Shown one piece after another: positions 20,040-30,256 of a DNA stretch of 64,000 bases. How positions within the stretch are numbered: the first letter of the stretch is position 1; each line of letters begins with the position of its first letter. Made by a program: the position numbers and the translations under genes. Source of the stretch: a virus (lineage: Duplodnaviria; Caudoviricetes). The notes under the pieces were generated by a model. That model had not been told where the DNA came from. It saw nothing but the letters and a program-made list of their open reading frames with translations, and did not search any database. The stretch lies in IMG/VR virus record IMGVR_UViG_3300033066_001295, positions 128,001-192,000 of that record; one strand, 5' to 3'.

Positions 20040-20438
20040 TCAATTCTGGGGTATCTTGAGGTCACCGATATACTTTACCCTCTTTTCACCACCGACCCGG
20101 AGTGTTTTTAACAGGTCTAGTTCTTTTCGTGATTCTGTTTTCTCAGTTCCAGTATCCCCACTGTACCTGAAGAACTTGGCAAGCTTCTCCTTCCCTTCTG
20201 GAGAGTCGGCATCAACCCAGTCGGTGTTGATCTCAGCCTTCATGCCGGAGAAGACAAAGTTTGCCACCCCGCTGTCACGGGCACACTTCAGCCACCCTTT
20301 GACCATAGTGAAATTCTCATCAGTCAGTTCAATGTTGAAGTGCTGCATCAGCCCAGTCGCATAGAGACTTTCCATCAAATCGCACTGGCCCTCAAACAGC
20401 TTGGTCTGAGCCTCTGTTGTGTGAAATTTCACTTTCAT
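20040..20438 (-). CDS. hypothetical protein
   Basis: ORF behind a TTGACA-16-TAGCTT promoter. Confidence 0.55.
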   Translation of the reverse strand: MKVKFHTTEAQTKLFEGQCDLMESLYATGLMQHFNIELTDENFTMVKGWLKCARDSGVANFVFSGMKAEINTDWVDADSPEGKEKLAKFFRYSGDTGTEKTESRKELDLLKTLRVGGEKRVKYIGDLKIPQN

Positions 20439-20491
20439 GGTTGAAAGCTAAGTGAGTTAAGGCTTCTGTCAAACCGATAGCATGGCTCAAA

Positions 20492-20581
20492 TGGTCACCT
20501 AGCTCAGATTTCCACTGAGACGAAGATTTTACCTCCGGGACGTTTTAAGTGTCCTGCGTCTGGTTGTTCCGCCACTAGGTG
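20492..20581 (-). tRNA. tRNA-Leu(TAA)
   Basis: Cloverleaf, loop CTTAAAA, long V-arm, CCA. Confidence 0.85.
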
Positions 20582-20646
20582 TTGATGATTTATCCGGTAG
20601 GGGTCTGCGATGACCCCACCTATCTTTATCTTATACGTGTCACCTG

Positions 20647-21063
20647 TCATGTGATGTCTTTAATGAAAGGGAAGGAGAACTTGTCAAACACAACTGGCAT
20701 GTGCAGTTTGTCCTCCATTTTAGGAAGCACCTCAAGTTCTTCTGGTGTTATAGCCCTCCAGCACTGCTGCCCATGGTCCCACACTCTTTTCCAAAAATAA
20801 GAAGTTCTGCCAATGTAGCCATCTGGGAGGTTGTCCGTGTCGAATTTGGAATCCCACTCATACACGTCTTTGCTAGGGCTGAAAACATGCCATTGCCTCT
20901 CACCACCCATGCCTCCCCACTTGCCGTCACAGATTGAGTAAGGGTTAGCCATGTCAAGCTCATCTGATTCCTCCTTTGAGAGGAACTTGAACTTGAAGGT
21001 TAGGTCCGTAGGACCGTCCATAGGCTGGACGGTTACAAGGTCATGTGCGCTTAGAGTGCTCAT
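20647..21063 (-). CDS. small protein with N-terminal gp23 major-capsid-like segment
   Basis: MSTLSAHDLVTVQPMDGPT resembles gp23 LIAFDICGVQPMNSPT. Confidence 0.55.
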   Translation of the reverse strand: MSTLSAHDLVTVQPMDGPTDLTFKFKFLSKEESDELDMANPYSICDGKWGGMGGERQWHVFSPSKDVYEWDSKFDTDNLPDGYIGRTSYFWKRVWDHGQQCWRAITPEELEVLPKMEDKLHMPVVFDKFSFPFIKDIT

Positions 21064-21696
21064 CTTCCTGCTTCTTGATGTCTTTCTTGGTGGCAATACG
21101 CTCTTTGCTCCAAAACACCTTTTTGAAGTCACGAAGATGTTTCCACCATTGAGGGGGTTTGGTCAACAGTCCTTTCTTTACAGTGGCCATATGATCTTGA
21201 GACGTGGAAATTCATCTGCTGAAGGGGATGGCTTGTAATCAGCCTTCATTTGGTCTTCAGACGGGAAGTAGATCGAACAGGTAGTTGGGTCATATCCGGC
21301 GGCAGGATCTTGATGGCCACCGTGCGCCCCAGTGTCTTCTGCACACCTGATGGAACCTTATAGGTCACATGAGTGCTCATTCTTAGCTTCTTAGCAATGT
21401 CAGCCCAAGAAACCTTTTGTTCACGAAGAGAGATGATCTGATTGATATAGCGTGATGCTGGTTTTTTCATATCAGAAAACTATGACAGCATGGCTTCAAC
21501 CTGTCAAACATTTTGTTATTCCACCAAGCGGTAACTCTCCAAACTGCGAAGATTGATAAAACAGAGTCTCCAAAGAATTTGGAATACCTCATCATCTGGG
21601 GCTTCTTTGGTGATAGCAGTGGCAGCCTGAAGAACAGCCGTCTTGGCCTTCTCAAGCTCTACCTTGGCTTGGGGGGAGTTTGACATGTGCATAGAA

Positions 21697-21770
21697 TGGA
21701 GCCTCTTAACGGATTCGCACCGTTCTATCTGCGCTACGAGGGCAGAACATCGCTTCTATGTTTAAGAGGC
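21697..21770 (-). tRNA. tRNA-Thr(CGT)
   Basis: Cloverleaf, loop CTCGTAG, CCA. Confidence 0.8.
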
Positions 21771-22264
21771 ATTACTTTTTCTTTTTTGCATAACTGCTCG
21801 CACCGGATGGTGATAGCTGCTTGCAGTTTGCTCTGGGGCGACCGTAAGAATCCCTAGACTTGTCCGGTGTTACAAGCCTTCTACGCTCCTCTTTTGTAAG
21901 GGTAGCACCTTTTCGAGAGTAACTTACTAGCTCATGAATTGATCTCATAGTGTGTCAGGCGTAATACTCACGCCAAATAACTGGTTGTTTTTGACCGTAG
22001 ATCATAGCCATAGCCTGTCGCAAAAGATTCTCACGGTCTGTATCTGACAAGGCATTGCACTCAGCCCTGTTACAACGTGCTATCTCATTCTCTGCTAGCC
22101 TCCTCAGTCTCCTCTGGTGCTTGAACCAAGCAGCCTGAGCAGCCAAAACAGTGAAGTCGATACCTGAGTTGTGGAACCATTCCACAACTTCCTTCCACGT
22201 CATACCCTCTTCCCTGAGAGTTTGAATACGTGGTATGTGATTTGAAGCTAAGTCATATGACATA

Positions 22265-22339
22265 TGGTACGCCCGGTTGGTTCTGCCCCAACTACCAAGG
22301 AATTATGAGTTCCCTGCTCTACTATTGAGCTACAAGCGC
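22265..22339 (-). tRNA. tRNA-Met/Ile2(CAT)
   Basis: Cloverleaf, loop CTCATAA, CCA. Confidence 0.85.
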
Positions 22340-22343
22340 AAAT

Positions 22344-22468
22344 GCAAAAGGAGAAAATCGGAGAGAGTAATTACCGTGCTGCCGTTACACTAAAGGCTTT
22401 CACCTTTGGGAGTCGAACCCATCCGGTCGATAATCAGTCGAAGTAACTCTGTTCCTCGCTGCCTATGC
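22344..22468 (-). ncRNA. yrlA: Y RNA (YrlA-type) copy A
   Basis: Shared stem CAGCGAGGAACAGAGTTACTTC...CTCTCCGATTTTCT enclosing a T arm (GGTTCGACTCC), closed acceptor hairpin and D arm, in T-AS-D order. Confidence 0.85.
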
Positions 22469-22545
22469 TGGTCAGGTTAATGGGATTCGCACCCATGGTC
22501 TCTTCGTCCCGAACGAAGCGTGATACTAGGCTTCACTATAACCTG
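22469..22545 (-). tRNA. tRNA-Pro(CGG)
   Basis: Cloverleaf, loop TTCGGGA, CCA. Confidence 0.9.
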
Positions 22546-22552
22546 TTAAATA

Positions 22553-22706
22553 TGTCAGAGAAAATTGAAGAGCGGTATTTTTCGGTGCTCTACTATTAAG
22601 CTATAGTGGAATTGAAATCTCGATCATGAGACTTCAATTCCACCAAGGGGAATTGCACACCCTACACCCGTCTTGAATGAAGTAACGCTTTTTCTCGCTG
22701 CTGACA
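22553..22706 (-). ncRNA. yrlA: Y RNA (YrlA-type) copy B, long acceptor hairpin
   Basis: Shared stem motif; T-AS-D order with an ~18-bp closed acceptor stem. Confidence 0.85.
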
Positions 22707-22707
22707 C

Positions 22708-22784
22708 TGGCGTTCCTGAGAGGAATTGCACCCCCATCTTTCGCGTTCGATGCGCGAAGCTCTAGTCTGTTAAGCTACAGGAAC
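22708..22784 (-). tRNA. tRNA-Arg(TCG)
   Basis: Cloverleaf, loop CATCGAA (A33), CCA. Confidence 0.8.
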
Positions 22785-22785
22785 A

Positions 22786-23241
22786 TTAACTTTCACCGAC
22801 GTATGTCACGCCACAGGCGTTACACACATATTTTGAAGAATCGCCATTCGGTGGATGACGAAAAACATTGCAGCCACAGTCACACCGGAATGACTGTCCG
22901 CCAGAAAGCCTCACCATTCTGTCCACGTCAGGATCAGCCCAGTTGGCTACCTTCTCAGGCACAGAACGCTGGGTTCTCAGTTCAAACAAGCCTTTGAGGT
23001 CAGACTCCTGTTCCATGATCAATCGAGCATAAAAGGCACGATGGTTATTGCAGAGTTTGAAGTCAGGATCAGTTGTGCTGAGTCCTACCTCCCATCTAAC
23101 AAGCTCATAGATCATGCTAATACCAAGCTTGGTCTTGCCACCCTTGGCTTTCACCCAGTCACGGGCAAAACCAACAAGAAGCTCATAGACCTTTGGGTTC
23201 TCTTTGTGGAACTTCTGGAACTCTTTTTCAAGCTTTGACAT
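22786..23241 (-). CDS. hypothetical phage protein with C-terminal Zn ribbon
   Basis: FHKENPKVY..FKLCNNHRAFYAR; CDCGC..CNAC; leaderless promoter at 23248..23275. Confidence 0.65.
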   Translation of the reverse strand: MSKLEKEFQKFHKENPKVYELLVGFARDWVKAKGGKTKLGISMIYELVRWEVGLSTTDPDFKLCNNHRAFYARLIMEQESDLKGLFELRTQRSVPEKVANWADPDVDRMVRLSGGQSFRCDCGCNVFRHPPNGDSSKYVCNACGVTYVGES

Positions 23242-23312
23242 TAGTTGACTATAACTAATACAAAACTCCTGTCAAATTGTTTTGAAAAGTCCGTTGAGTG
23301 TATGTATTTCTT

Positions 23313-23864
23313 ATGGAAGACTTAACGGGAAACATCTTCGGACTACTTACTGTTATAGGTCCAGCGAGCAAAGCTAACAAACAACGTGGCAGACGTTGGG
23401 AATGCCGCTGCTTGTGTGGTAAGCTAACCTCTGTACAAGGCTACAACCTAAAAAGAGGAAACACAAAATCGTGTGGATGTTTAGTCGGTGAAAAAATGAG
23501 GGGAAAATGTAACCCAAGATTCAAAGGTTATGAGGAAATCAGTGGGTCAAAATTATATGAGTACAAGAAAAATGCAAAACTTAGGGGGTTAAATTTTGAA
23601 GTCACTATTCAAGACCTTTGGGAGCAATTTCTAGCACAAAATCGAAAGTGTGCTCTAACTGGAGTAGAACTCACATTTCAAAAAACCATTTTAGACCGAG
23701 CATCAACAGCCTCTTTAGACAGAGTTGACAGCACACTAGGGTACACTAAAGGCAATATTCAATGGCTTCACAAAGATGTTAATTATATGAAATCAGACCT
23801 TCCACAGGAAGTATTCATACAAATCTGTAAACAAGTAGCATCTCAGCACGAAGGAAAACCATGA
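23313..23864 (+). CDS. HNH-like homing endonuclease
   Basis: DLTGNIFGLLTV..WECRCLCG..KSCGC; ASLDRVDSTLGYTKGNIQW. Confidence 0.85.
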   Translation: MEDLTGNIFGLLTVIGPASKANKQRGRRWECRCLCGKLTSVQGYNLKRGNTKSCGCLVGEKMRGKCNPRFKGYEEISGSKLYEYKKNAKLRGLNFEVTIQDLWEQFLAQNRKCALTGVELTFQKTILDRASTASLDRVDSTLGYTKGNIQWLHKDVNYMKSDLPQEVFIQICKQVASQHEGKP

Positions 23865-24163
23865 GGGGAGGGAGCCACTTTCACATCCTGTAGCTCCAAC
23901 CCATGTGCAGGCCGACAACGGCAATTCGCTGCTCCCCCCACTCATGGTTCAAAAAAAGTGTTTCCCATGCCAATGATTTTACGGCGGGTCTGGTTACCCG
24001 CTTTCACCTTCACGTCATTACCTCTTTCAGGCGGATTGTGACTGGCCTAGTCACTCTCTGACGGAGACAACCTCTCATAGGATTTGATAGGTATATGGGG
24101 GTGAAGCGCATCAATCAAACGAAGGGTACATTGCTGTCCCTAATTCGTCACTGACTGGGAAAT

Positions 24164-24285
24164 TGGTCGAACAGGAGGATTTTCACCACCGTCTCTGAGG
24201 AGCTATTAGAGCCAACCTTTTTGCACTCATTGCTTGTTGGTCATCTGTCTAGCCGTCTCCATCTCGCGTATGGGCACGCTGTTCG
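24164..24285 (-). ncRNA. tRNA-like RNA with enlarged anticodon arm
   Basis: Acceptor CGAACAG/CTGTTCG-ACCA, T-like arm, ~50-nt central hairpin. Confidence 0.55.
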
Positions 24286-24839
24286 ATAAAAGGAGTGTAT
24301 ATCACTCCGAGAAAATTGTCAACCACTACTTTGTGGTAGGCTCTGGCTGAGGTTTTGCCTTCAACATATCAGTCAAGAAGCTGAGAGTCTTGTCATGGGC
24401 TTGATCAGCCCCGTAGGAGCGGTTTATCTCAGCCCTGATGTCACCTTTAACTGTCTCTATGTCAGCCTTCATGTTAGAGATAGACGAGGCATAGACAGCA
24501 CTCTCATCAACGAGGTGCTTCACCCTTTCGATGGTAGCAGACTCAGTAGCTTTGGCCACTGCCCAAGATGATATACCATCCTTGAACTGAGTGAAGACAG
24601 CCCATATACCCAGAAAAAGCATTATCTGGTTGTTTGAGATGTTGATCCTCGGCTCCTCAGCAGGCATACCAAATAGGTAGGTGTGTGATGGTATTCCCAA
24701 GTGGAATTGCACCACTTCGAGCACCTTCGGAGAGTGCCATGCCTCTATTACATCATGGGAACTGGTGCTCACGACTGGAGTTGCACCAGCACTGCCACGC
24801 TTCTGAGACGTGTGCCTCCTGCTATTGGGCTACGTGAGC

Positions 24840-25187
24840 TTAATGATACAAAGCCGCAGATGCTCTGTGACGAGAGTATGGTTCAGGCTCGTCATCACCA
24901 TCATCAAGAAATTCAATCTTTGTCACTGTATGCGAGGTCTCATCAGCTTTCTCAAAGGGCTTGCCCATGTAATAGGCATATGCTTCATCCCGAGAGGCAT
25001 TGATGGTGGTGTAAAGGTAGTCACCGTCATCAAATGTCACCTTCAAAGCGTGTTTTTCAGGTTTGACCTTACCATAACGCAAGTCATCAGGCAACTCAGG
25101 AAGACCTCTTTGCTGCCTAATTTTAACCATTTCATCATGGTCCATACCTAGAGGTGACTCGTTCATCGAGCTAATGAAACTGTTCAT
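24840..25187 (-). CDS. hypothetical phage protein, putative virion internal protein
   Basis: N-terminus MNSFISSMNES. Confidence 0.55.
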   Translation of the reverse strand: MNSFISSMNESPLGMDHDEMVKIRQQRGLPELPDDLRYGKVKPEKHALKVTFDDGDYLYTTINASRDEAYAYYMGKPFEKADETSHTVTKIEFLDDGDDEPEPYSRHRASAALYH

Positions 25188-25195
25188 GTCAATAT

Positions 25196-25396
25196 CTACC
25201 CTGTTGAAGCAGTAAACTTGATTTTTGACTTCGGTATGTCGTGAGGTGTCTTGTATGAAGCCGACCTGAAACGGTGTGTATAGACGAAGAAGCCGTTGGC
25301 ATCCTTGCCCAAGCTCACCTCTTTCATGATCTCCTTCAGATCATCGGGCTTGGGGACGTTCTCCATTTCAGATTCAAACAGGTTGAGAAAGGTCAT
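25196..25396 (-). CDS. hypothetical protein, putative virion internal protein
   Basis: N-terminus MTFLNLFESE. Confidence 0.55.
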   Translation of the reverse strand: MTFLNLFESEMENVPKPDDLKEIMKEVSLGKDANGFFVYTHRFRSASYKTPHDIPKSKIKFTASTG

Positions 25397-25770
25397 GTGT
25401 TGTCAAATACCTATAAGTAGGCTTATACCTGTCAAATAACAAGCTTTGTTGAGTTACCTGACTGAACGCCCTCATTTCAGCAGCCAAAACTTCAGCATCT
25501 TTTTGGCTAAATCCGCCACCATCAAGTGCTCTTAGCTCAAGGATGTAATGACTGTCACGTAAAAAAGTTGAGTACTTGTAAGCTGGATGGACAATGTGAC
25601 AATTAACCCACACAACCACCTTATCAGAATCGGCCAGTCGAACAATATCAACAGGCCTATCTTTGAAAAAGCTTAGTAGTGGGAAAACCTCACCCACCAC
25701 ATTGAACTTGATGCCATTGAACTCGTACATCGGGTAATTACATCAGGTACACCTTGAATGTCAAATATTT

Positions 25771-25845
25771 TGGACGCCAGTAAGGGGATCGCACCCTTCT
25801 AGTTCGTTTTGCAGACGACTCCGCACTCTAGCCCGGTCACTGGCG
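25771..25845 (-). tRNA. tRNA-Cys(GCA)
   Basis: Loop CTGCAAA, U73, CCA. Confidence 0.8.
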
Positions 25846-25853
25846 ATTATAAA

Positions 25854-25928
25854 TGGAGCCACCAATGGGATTCGCGCCCATCTCTTCCGAATACCAATCG
25901 GATACATCGCTGTCTATGCTTTGGCGGC
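25854..25928 (-). tRNA. tRNA-Thr(GGT)
   Basis: Loop TTGGTAT, CCA. Confidence 0.9.
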
Positions 25929-26360
25929 AAAAGTTATATTTCTCGGCTCGATGACACCGTCATAGAGCACTGTGCCAACACTACTGAGGGAGGCTTGGTA
26001 GTAGCTTGAGGGTATTGATAGGTACCCATCAACAACCCACTCGGGGTGATTTTCGGTAAGTTTGGCAAACATTTCTTCAACCCTGTCTTCCAACTCTTTG
26101 GAAGTGGTACTGCCATACCCAACAGGTTCACTCAATGATGGCCTGTCAACCCGGAGGAGAGTTGTATCAACTAGGCAGCTAAGAACTACAGGTTCCCCAC
26201 CACCATCTGCTGCTTCAGCATAGTAGTAGGCAAGCTCAAACTTGTCTGATAAGCAAGGATTCTTCAGCCCATGAATTTTGATCGAAGAAACCCACTCGCT
26301 ATTTGTCCCGTGGTACAAGGTTACTGAGCTTTCAAACAGGCTGACAAAACTAGCTGACAT
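25914..26360 (-). CDS. ADP-ribosyltransferase-fold protein (LYHGT; ART/Tpt1-like)
   Basis: TLYHGT..SIKIHGL..LSDKFELAYYYA..PVVL; N-terminal FVSLFE. Confidence 0.6.
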   Translation of the reverse strand: MSASFVSLFESSVTLYHGTNSEWVSSIKIHGLKNPCLSDKFELAYYYAEAADGGGEPVVLSCLVDTTLLRVDRPSLSEPVGYGSTTSKELEDRVEEMFAKLTENHPEWVVDGYLSIPSSYYQASLSSVGTVLYDGVIEPRNITFAAKA

Positions 26361-26761
26361 ACTGATATGTAGCTATCAAAAAAATTTCAGTGTTCATGTG
26401 GGGAGAGGTCTCTTTCCTACCTTCAAAGTCAGCTTTCGCTTCTCATATCATCACATGAACTCCTGTTTGAGCAGACACCAAGTTAGTCCTTAGACCTTCC
26501 AGTGATGCTCGCCGGATAGCCCCCGGCTCTCAAATTGTTATGGTCTTTTATCACAATGGATCATATAGACCGGTCTCGTTGGAAGAAATCTTTCTTCTGG
26601 GTAGAAGCTGTTACAGACAAAAATGCCATCTGTCCTGCCCATGCTCTTCATTTCAAGCTCTTCCTGTGACCTCACCTCAATCACGATCTCATTCAGTGAG
26701 TAGCCTAGAGCCTTGGCTGTGCCTGTCTTACCAGACCCCATTGAGCCATAAATCAGAGTGA

Positions 26762-27154
26762 TCATTTCTTAGTGCCACTGGCAACGTAGGTTTTCAGTTG
26801 CTCCTTCAGTGCTTCCACAGCCAGATTGTAAATCTCAGGAACATCACGTTTTACAACCTCTGAATTGGCAATCTCAGGGAGAACGTACATCAGAGCTACG
26901 GTCTTACTGGAGGGAAGAACAGAGGATAGTGTGCCCAGCAAAAGGATAGCAGGCAGTGAAAATAGAAGCGACCACTTTGAGATAGAAGAAAATACTGGTT
27001 TGAGTTCCTTATCCACCCCTTTGTCATTGGATAAGAACAAAAACACAACTCCGAGAATGGCTAGGAGCACAGAGGCAAAGACTACCCCTCCACAGGTACT
27101 ACGTACCTCGTCGGCCATCTGCCACAGATATACATTGAATGGTGTTATTGACAT
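26762..27154 (-). CDS. membrane protein
   Basis: Two hydrophobic segments; leaderless promoter at 27161..27188. Confidence 0.65.
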   Translation of the reverse strand: MSITPFNVYLWQMADEVRSTCGGVVFASVLLAILGVVFLFLSNDKGVDKELKPVFSSISKWSLLFSLPAILLLGTLSSVLPSSKTVALMYVLPEIANSEVVKRDVPEIYNLAVEALKEQLKTYVASGTKK

Positions 27155-27195
27155 ACAGAGACTATATCAAGAGTTGACTTGAGGTCAAATGAAAA

Positions 27196-27270
27196 TGGAA
27201 GCCCATGTTGGTAACGCTCCAATCTTACTCCGGGTCAAAGCCGGATGCATTGCTTCTATGCTAATGGGCT
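27196..27270 (-). tRNA. tRNA-Gln(TTG)
   Basis: Loop CTTTGAC, CCA. Confidence 0.85.
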
Positions 27271-27414
27271 AAAAAGGTAAATAGCCGGTTACTATTCCGG
27301 CGTCCCTGAACCCGCTTGCTACAGGCTGGACAGTACTCCTTTTGGGCAAGCAGCCCCCGCAACTTCCCTGCGGACGGTATGGTGAGAAACCCTCTTTGCA
27401 AAAGGAGAGCGATA

Positions 27415-27470
27415 ACACCCATGACACACCTTCGTGTGTTTCGTCCTTTTTGGACTCATCAGATGGGAGT
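27415..27470 (-). ncRNA. type I hammerhead ribozyme
   Basis: CCCAT-CTGATGA-GTCC aaaaa GGAC-GAAA-CACAC gaag GTGTG-TC-ATGGG: complete core; predicted cut between 27423 and 27422. Confidence 0.92.
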
Positions 27471-27612
27471 CAAAGAAGTGGAATCACACATTTGCACAGC
27501 ACATGTTGCACCACTCACGCTGGGTAGGACAGTCTTCACATCCAGCAGGCTCACCAAGGGGGACTGACTCTCCCATAGGTGGCACCTCGCGTCTTATTCC
27601 GCCACTTTGATT

Positions 27613-27687
27613 TGGCAGCCATGGTAGGATTTGCACCCACTTAAAACACCTTCAGAGGGTGTCGCATATCTATTCTGCCACATGGCT
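27613..27687 (-). tRNA. tRNA-Gln(CTG)
   Basis: Loop CTCTGAA, G73, CCA. Confidence 0.85.
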
Positions 27688-27706
27688 ATAACACTTTAAC
27701 TCACAC

Positions 27707-28414
27707 TCATGCTGCTGCCCCCATTGCTTCGGCCATGGCGCGGGTTTCTTCGAGGTCAGGAACAACCACAGCCTTGGGCTTGGCACCCCAAGGCAAACCG
27801 AACCGCTTGGCGCAGATGGGGCCGTAGCCAACATCAGTGGAACGCTCATCATCCAAGCCACGGCTGCAAAAGCAGCAACAACCGGTGCGGTGACCATACT
27901 CAGCAGCAACCTTGGCAGGATCAGCGGCGAAGTTCTTCAGGAGGTCAACCACAGTGGAGTCATTGTCACGGCCAGCGAAGAACTCGCCTGACTCAGTGAC
28001 ACGGCCATAATAGGCACCACCGAAAGTAGGGCTGGAAACCATCAAGTTGCCGACATACTTGGACCGCTCACCGGCAAAGGAAATCTTCACCTTGTTGCCG
28101 GAGGCGGCGGAGAGGATGACGGCTGGACGCTTGAGGGCTGAGGCAGCCTTGATGAAGAGGTTCTTGATGCCACTCAAGTCGATCTGGGCGGCTGGAGTTG
28201 GAGCCACCTTGGGCGTTGCCAGCTTGTGAAACCAGAACAAACGGGCTGGAGTGAGGTTGTTTGGGTATGCCTCGACCAGAGACCGGGCGAAGGAGGGGTC
28301 ATTGAACTCCCCATTGGCGATTTTGGCAACCAGAGCTTCCTTTGCTTCTGCATCGGAATTGAACGGGCTGGTGATGACTTCGTTGTTCTTCGGATTGGTA
28401 AGTGTCGTGCTCAT
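27707..28414 (-). CDS. protein with C-terminal DUF6011-like Zn finger
   Basis: CCFCSRGLDDERS..VGYGPICA; leaderless start after the promoter at 28422..28449. Confidence 0.7.
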   Translation of the reverse strand: MSTTLTNPKNNEVITSPFNSDAEAKEALVAKIANGEFNDPSFARSLVEAYPNNLTPARLFWFHKLATPKVAPTPAAQIDLSGIKNLFIKAASALKRPAVILSAASGNKVKISFAGERSKYVGNLMVSSPTFGGAYYGRVTESGEFFAGRDNDSTVVDLLKNFAADPAKVAAEYGHRTGCCCFCSRGLDDERSTDVGYGPICAKRFGLPWGAKPKAVVVPDLEETRAMAEAMGAAA

Positions 28415-28738
28415 GGTGGACACTATATCGAAAGTCGGTCACTCGTCAACCAGAAAATGAGTTTTTCAGTTAATTTTTTCTTCACCCCGGTACGCCATGA
28501 GCCATGAAGAGCAAGTTGGCGAGCACATCCGATTGCCACTGATTGAGCTTTTTGGGTGTTTCACATCGTCTTCGGTCAATCGAGGGTCTTCCCACTCCTT
28601 TTCGAGCATTCTCACCCCACACTTCGGACATCTACGCCAGACGTGTATTGAAGGTGGAAAGTCATCTTCGTATTTGGAAAACATTGGTACCAGTGAGTGG
28701 ACCCGCCCCACAGTGCAAAGGCTTATGAAACCCCGCCC

Positions 28739-29149
28739 CTACTTCAGGACACTGGCATTGATTCTTTGCATTCTGGCTGGCGCAGCAGCGAGAACTCTCG
28801 GGCTGATGTGCTTTTCACAGGACTGCCTCAAAGCACCTTTTTGCTCAAGAGAGAGCAAACTCACAGATGGCCCAAGGTGTTTTAGCTGAGGAAAGCTAAT
28901 GTCTTCTGAAAGGACATAACCAGCCTCCCTGAGAACCTCTTCAGCAGGCTTGTAAGGTGTCCCCATTCCAGCAATTCGCCTGATGTCACGGATGACCTCC
29001 CAGTCGATCTCTGTTTGGAGCAAAAGGGCAAGCCACTCAGAGAAGTCGGTGATGATGATCTTCTTGGGAACAGGTGCTACAGCCGGAAGAGGCACGACAG
29101 CAGCTACTGCCACGCCCATGAGTCTCTTGAAAAAATCGCGCCTGTCCAT
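28739..29149 (-). CDS. twin-arginine-leader protein with gp23-like segment
   Basis: MDRRDFFK followed by a hydrophobic stretch; LLQTEIDWEVIRDI. Confidence 0.5.
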   Translation of the reverse strand: MDRRDFFKRLMGVAVAAVVPLPAVAPVPKKIIITDFSEWLALLLQTEIDWEVIRDIRRIAGMGTPYKPAEEVLREAGYVLSEDISFPQLKHLGPSVSLLSLEQKGALRQSCEKHISPRVLAAAPARMQRINASVLK

Positions 29150-29491
29150 TCAAGAATATGTCACAAGAGGTGGACACTTCAAGATTTTACTTTCTGGAAT
29201 TATAACCAGACTAGGGTAGGCAAACTTGTTGAAGTACTCTGGAAGGGCTGCTGCGTACATCTGCCCAAACAGTGAGTCTATAGAGTCCTTCGTCCCGTCC
29301 CCACCTAGATGGGTACAGTGTGTCTTGCCACAAATGGAGCAGGTGTCATATGCAGCACTGGAAGCAAAGTCTGACAACCAGTTACTAACAGCAGAAACAA
29401 CTGCTATGGCTGAAGGAACATCGAGAGTGGACATCTGACTGCCCATCCATCCCCAGAACTCGTCACTTTCTCTTGAAGGAACATCCATAAT

Positions 29492-29568
29492 TGGTCAGGC
29501 TAGAGGGATTCGCACCCTCGGTCTCTTGCACCCCATGCAAGCGTGATACTAAGCTTCACCATAGCCTG
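29492..29568 (-). tRNA. tRNA-Pro(GGG)
   Basis: Loop ATGGGGT, CCA. Confidence 0.9.
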
Positions 29569-29574
29569 TTAAAT

Positions 29575-29704
29575 GATCAAAGGAAACTGAAGAGGGCAAA
29601 ATAGCTTTCGCTACTTCCCCATTAATCAACCATACCAATGTTATGGCTGATGGTGGGGAAGGCTGCCTTTCGGCAACGAAGTAGCCTGTTTCTCGCTGTT
29701 GATC
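29575..29704 (-). ncRNA. Y RNA-like copy C (non-tRNA second domain)
   Basis: gatcaa-CAGCGAGAAACAGGCTACTTC...CCTCTTCAGTTTCCT-ttgatc enclosing three hairpins, two with GAAA loops. Confidence 0.75.
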
Positions 29705-29778
29705 TGGTGGAACCGGACGGTAACCCTCCGTCGTTTGAGACATGCCATGCCCCCGTTCTAGTTTTGAACTACGATCCC
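29705..29778 (-). tRNA. tRNA-Ala(GGC)
   Basis: G3:U70, loop ATGGCAT, CCA. Confidence 0.85.
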
Positions 29779-29826
29779 ATAAAGTACCCGTTCTGGTGCG
29801 CTTCTTTGAGAGGCGTAACGGGTTTT

Positions 29827-29872
29827 TGGAGGACGCACTCGGCGTTTAGCCGATTCTCATGAACATGCGCCC
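29827..29872 (-). ncRNA. mini-tRNA (acceptor stem plus T-like arm, CCA)
   Basis: GGGCGCA/TGCGTCC-T-CCA with a TCGGC/GCCGA arm; no D or anticodon arm. Confidence 0.55.
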
Positions 29873-30163
29873 ATAAATGCAGGCCGGTTTTACCCGGCTG
29901 GTACTTCAAGTAAGAGGGTAGATGCCTCATCCTCTATTTTCGGGCAGCCCCGTCCTTAATGGAGCGTTGTACCTACCCCTCCCCACCGCTTGGTTTAGCT
30001 ACGCCATTCGGTGCCTGTTTACTGTGCGTGCCTAGCACGCTGTCTGCAAAATTTTAGCTTCATCACCCCTCACGTTCTCTTACTCTTGGAGTGACATACC
30101 ACGTTGACAAGCCCCGAATAACGATCCGAACTTATCTAGGCTGGGAATATCTTCCTGAAGCTA

Positions 30164-30256
30164 TGGCGGATAATCGAGGACTTGCACCCCAAGCTCACTT
30201 TCGTGGCTCAATCCGATTTCGAGTCGGCACCGGCTCGCTTGTCCGGTTGATCATCC
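30164..30256 (-). tRNA. tRNA-Ser(CGA)
   Basis: Loop CTCGAAA, long V-arm, G73. Confidence 0.9.

Noticed and set aside
23857-23949. seventh Y RNA
   Set aside because: Has GCAGCGA after a terminal stem but lacks TACTTC and the 3' CTCT/TTTCT strand; kept only as an unassigned RNA.
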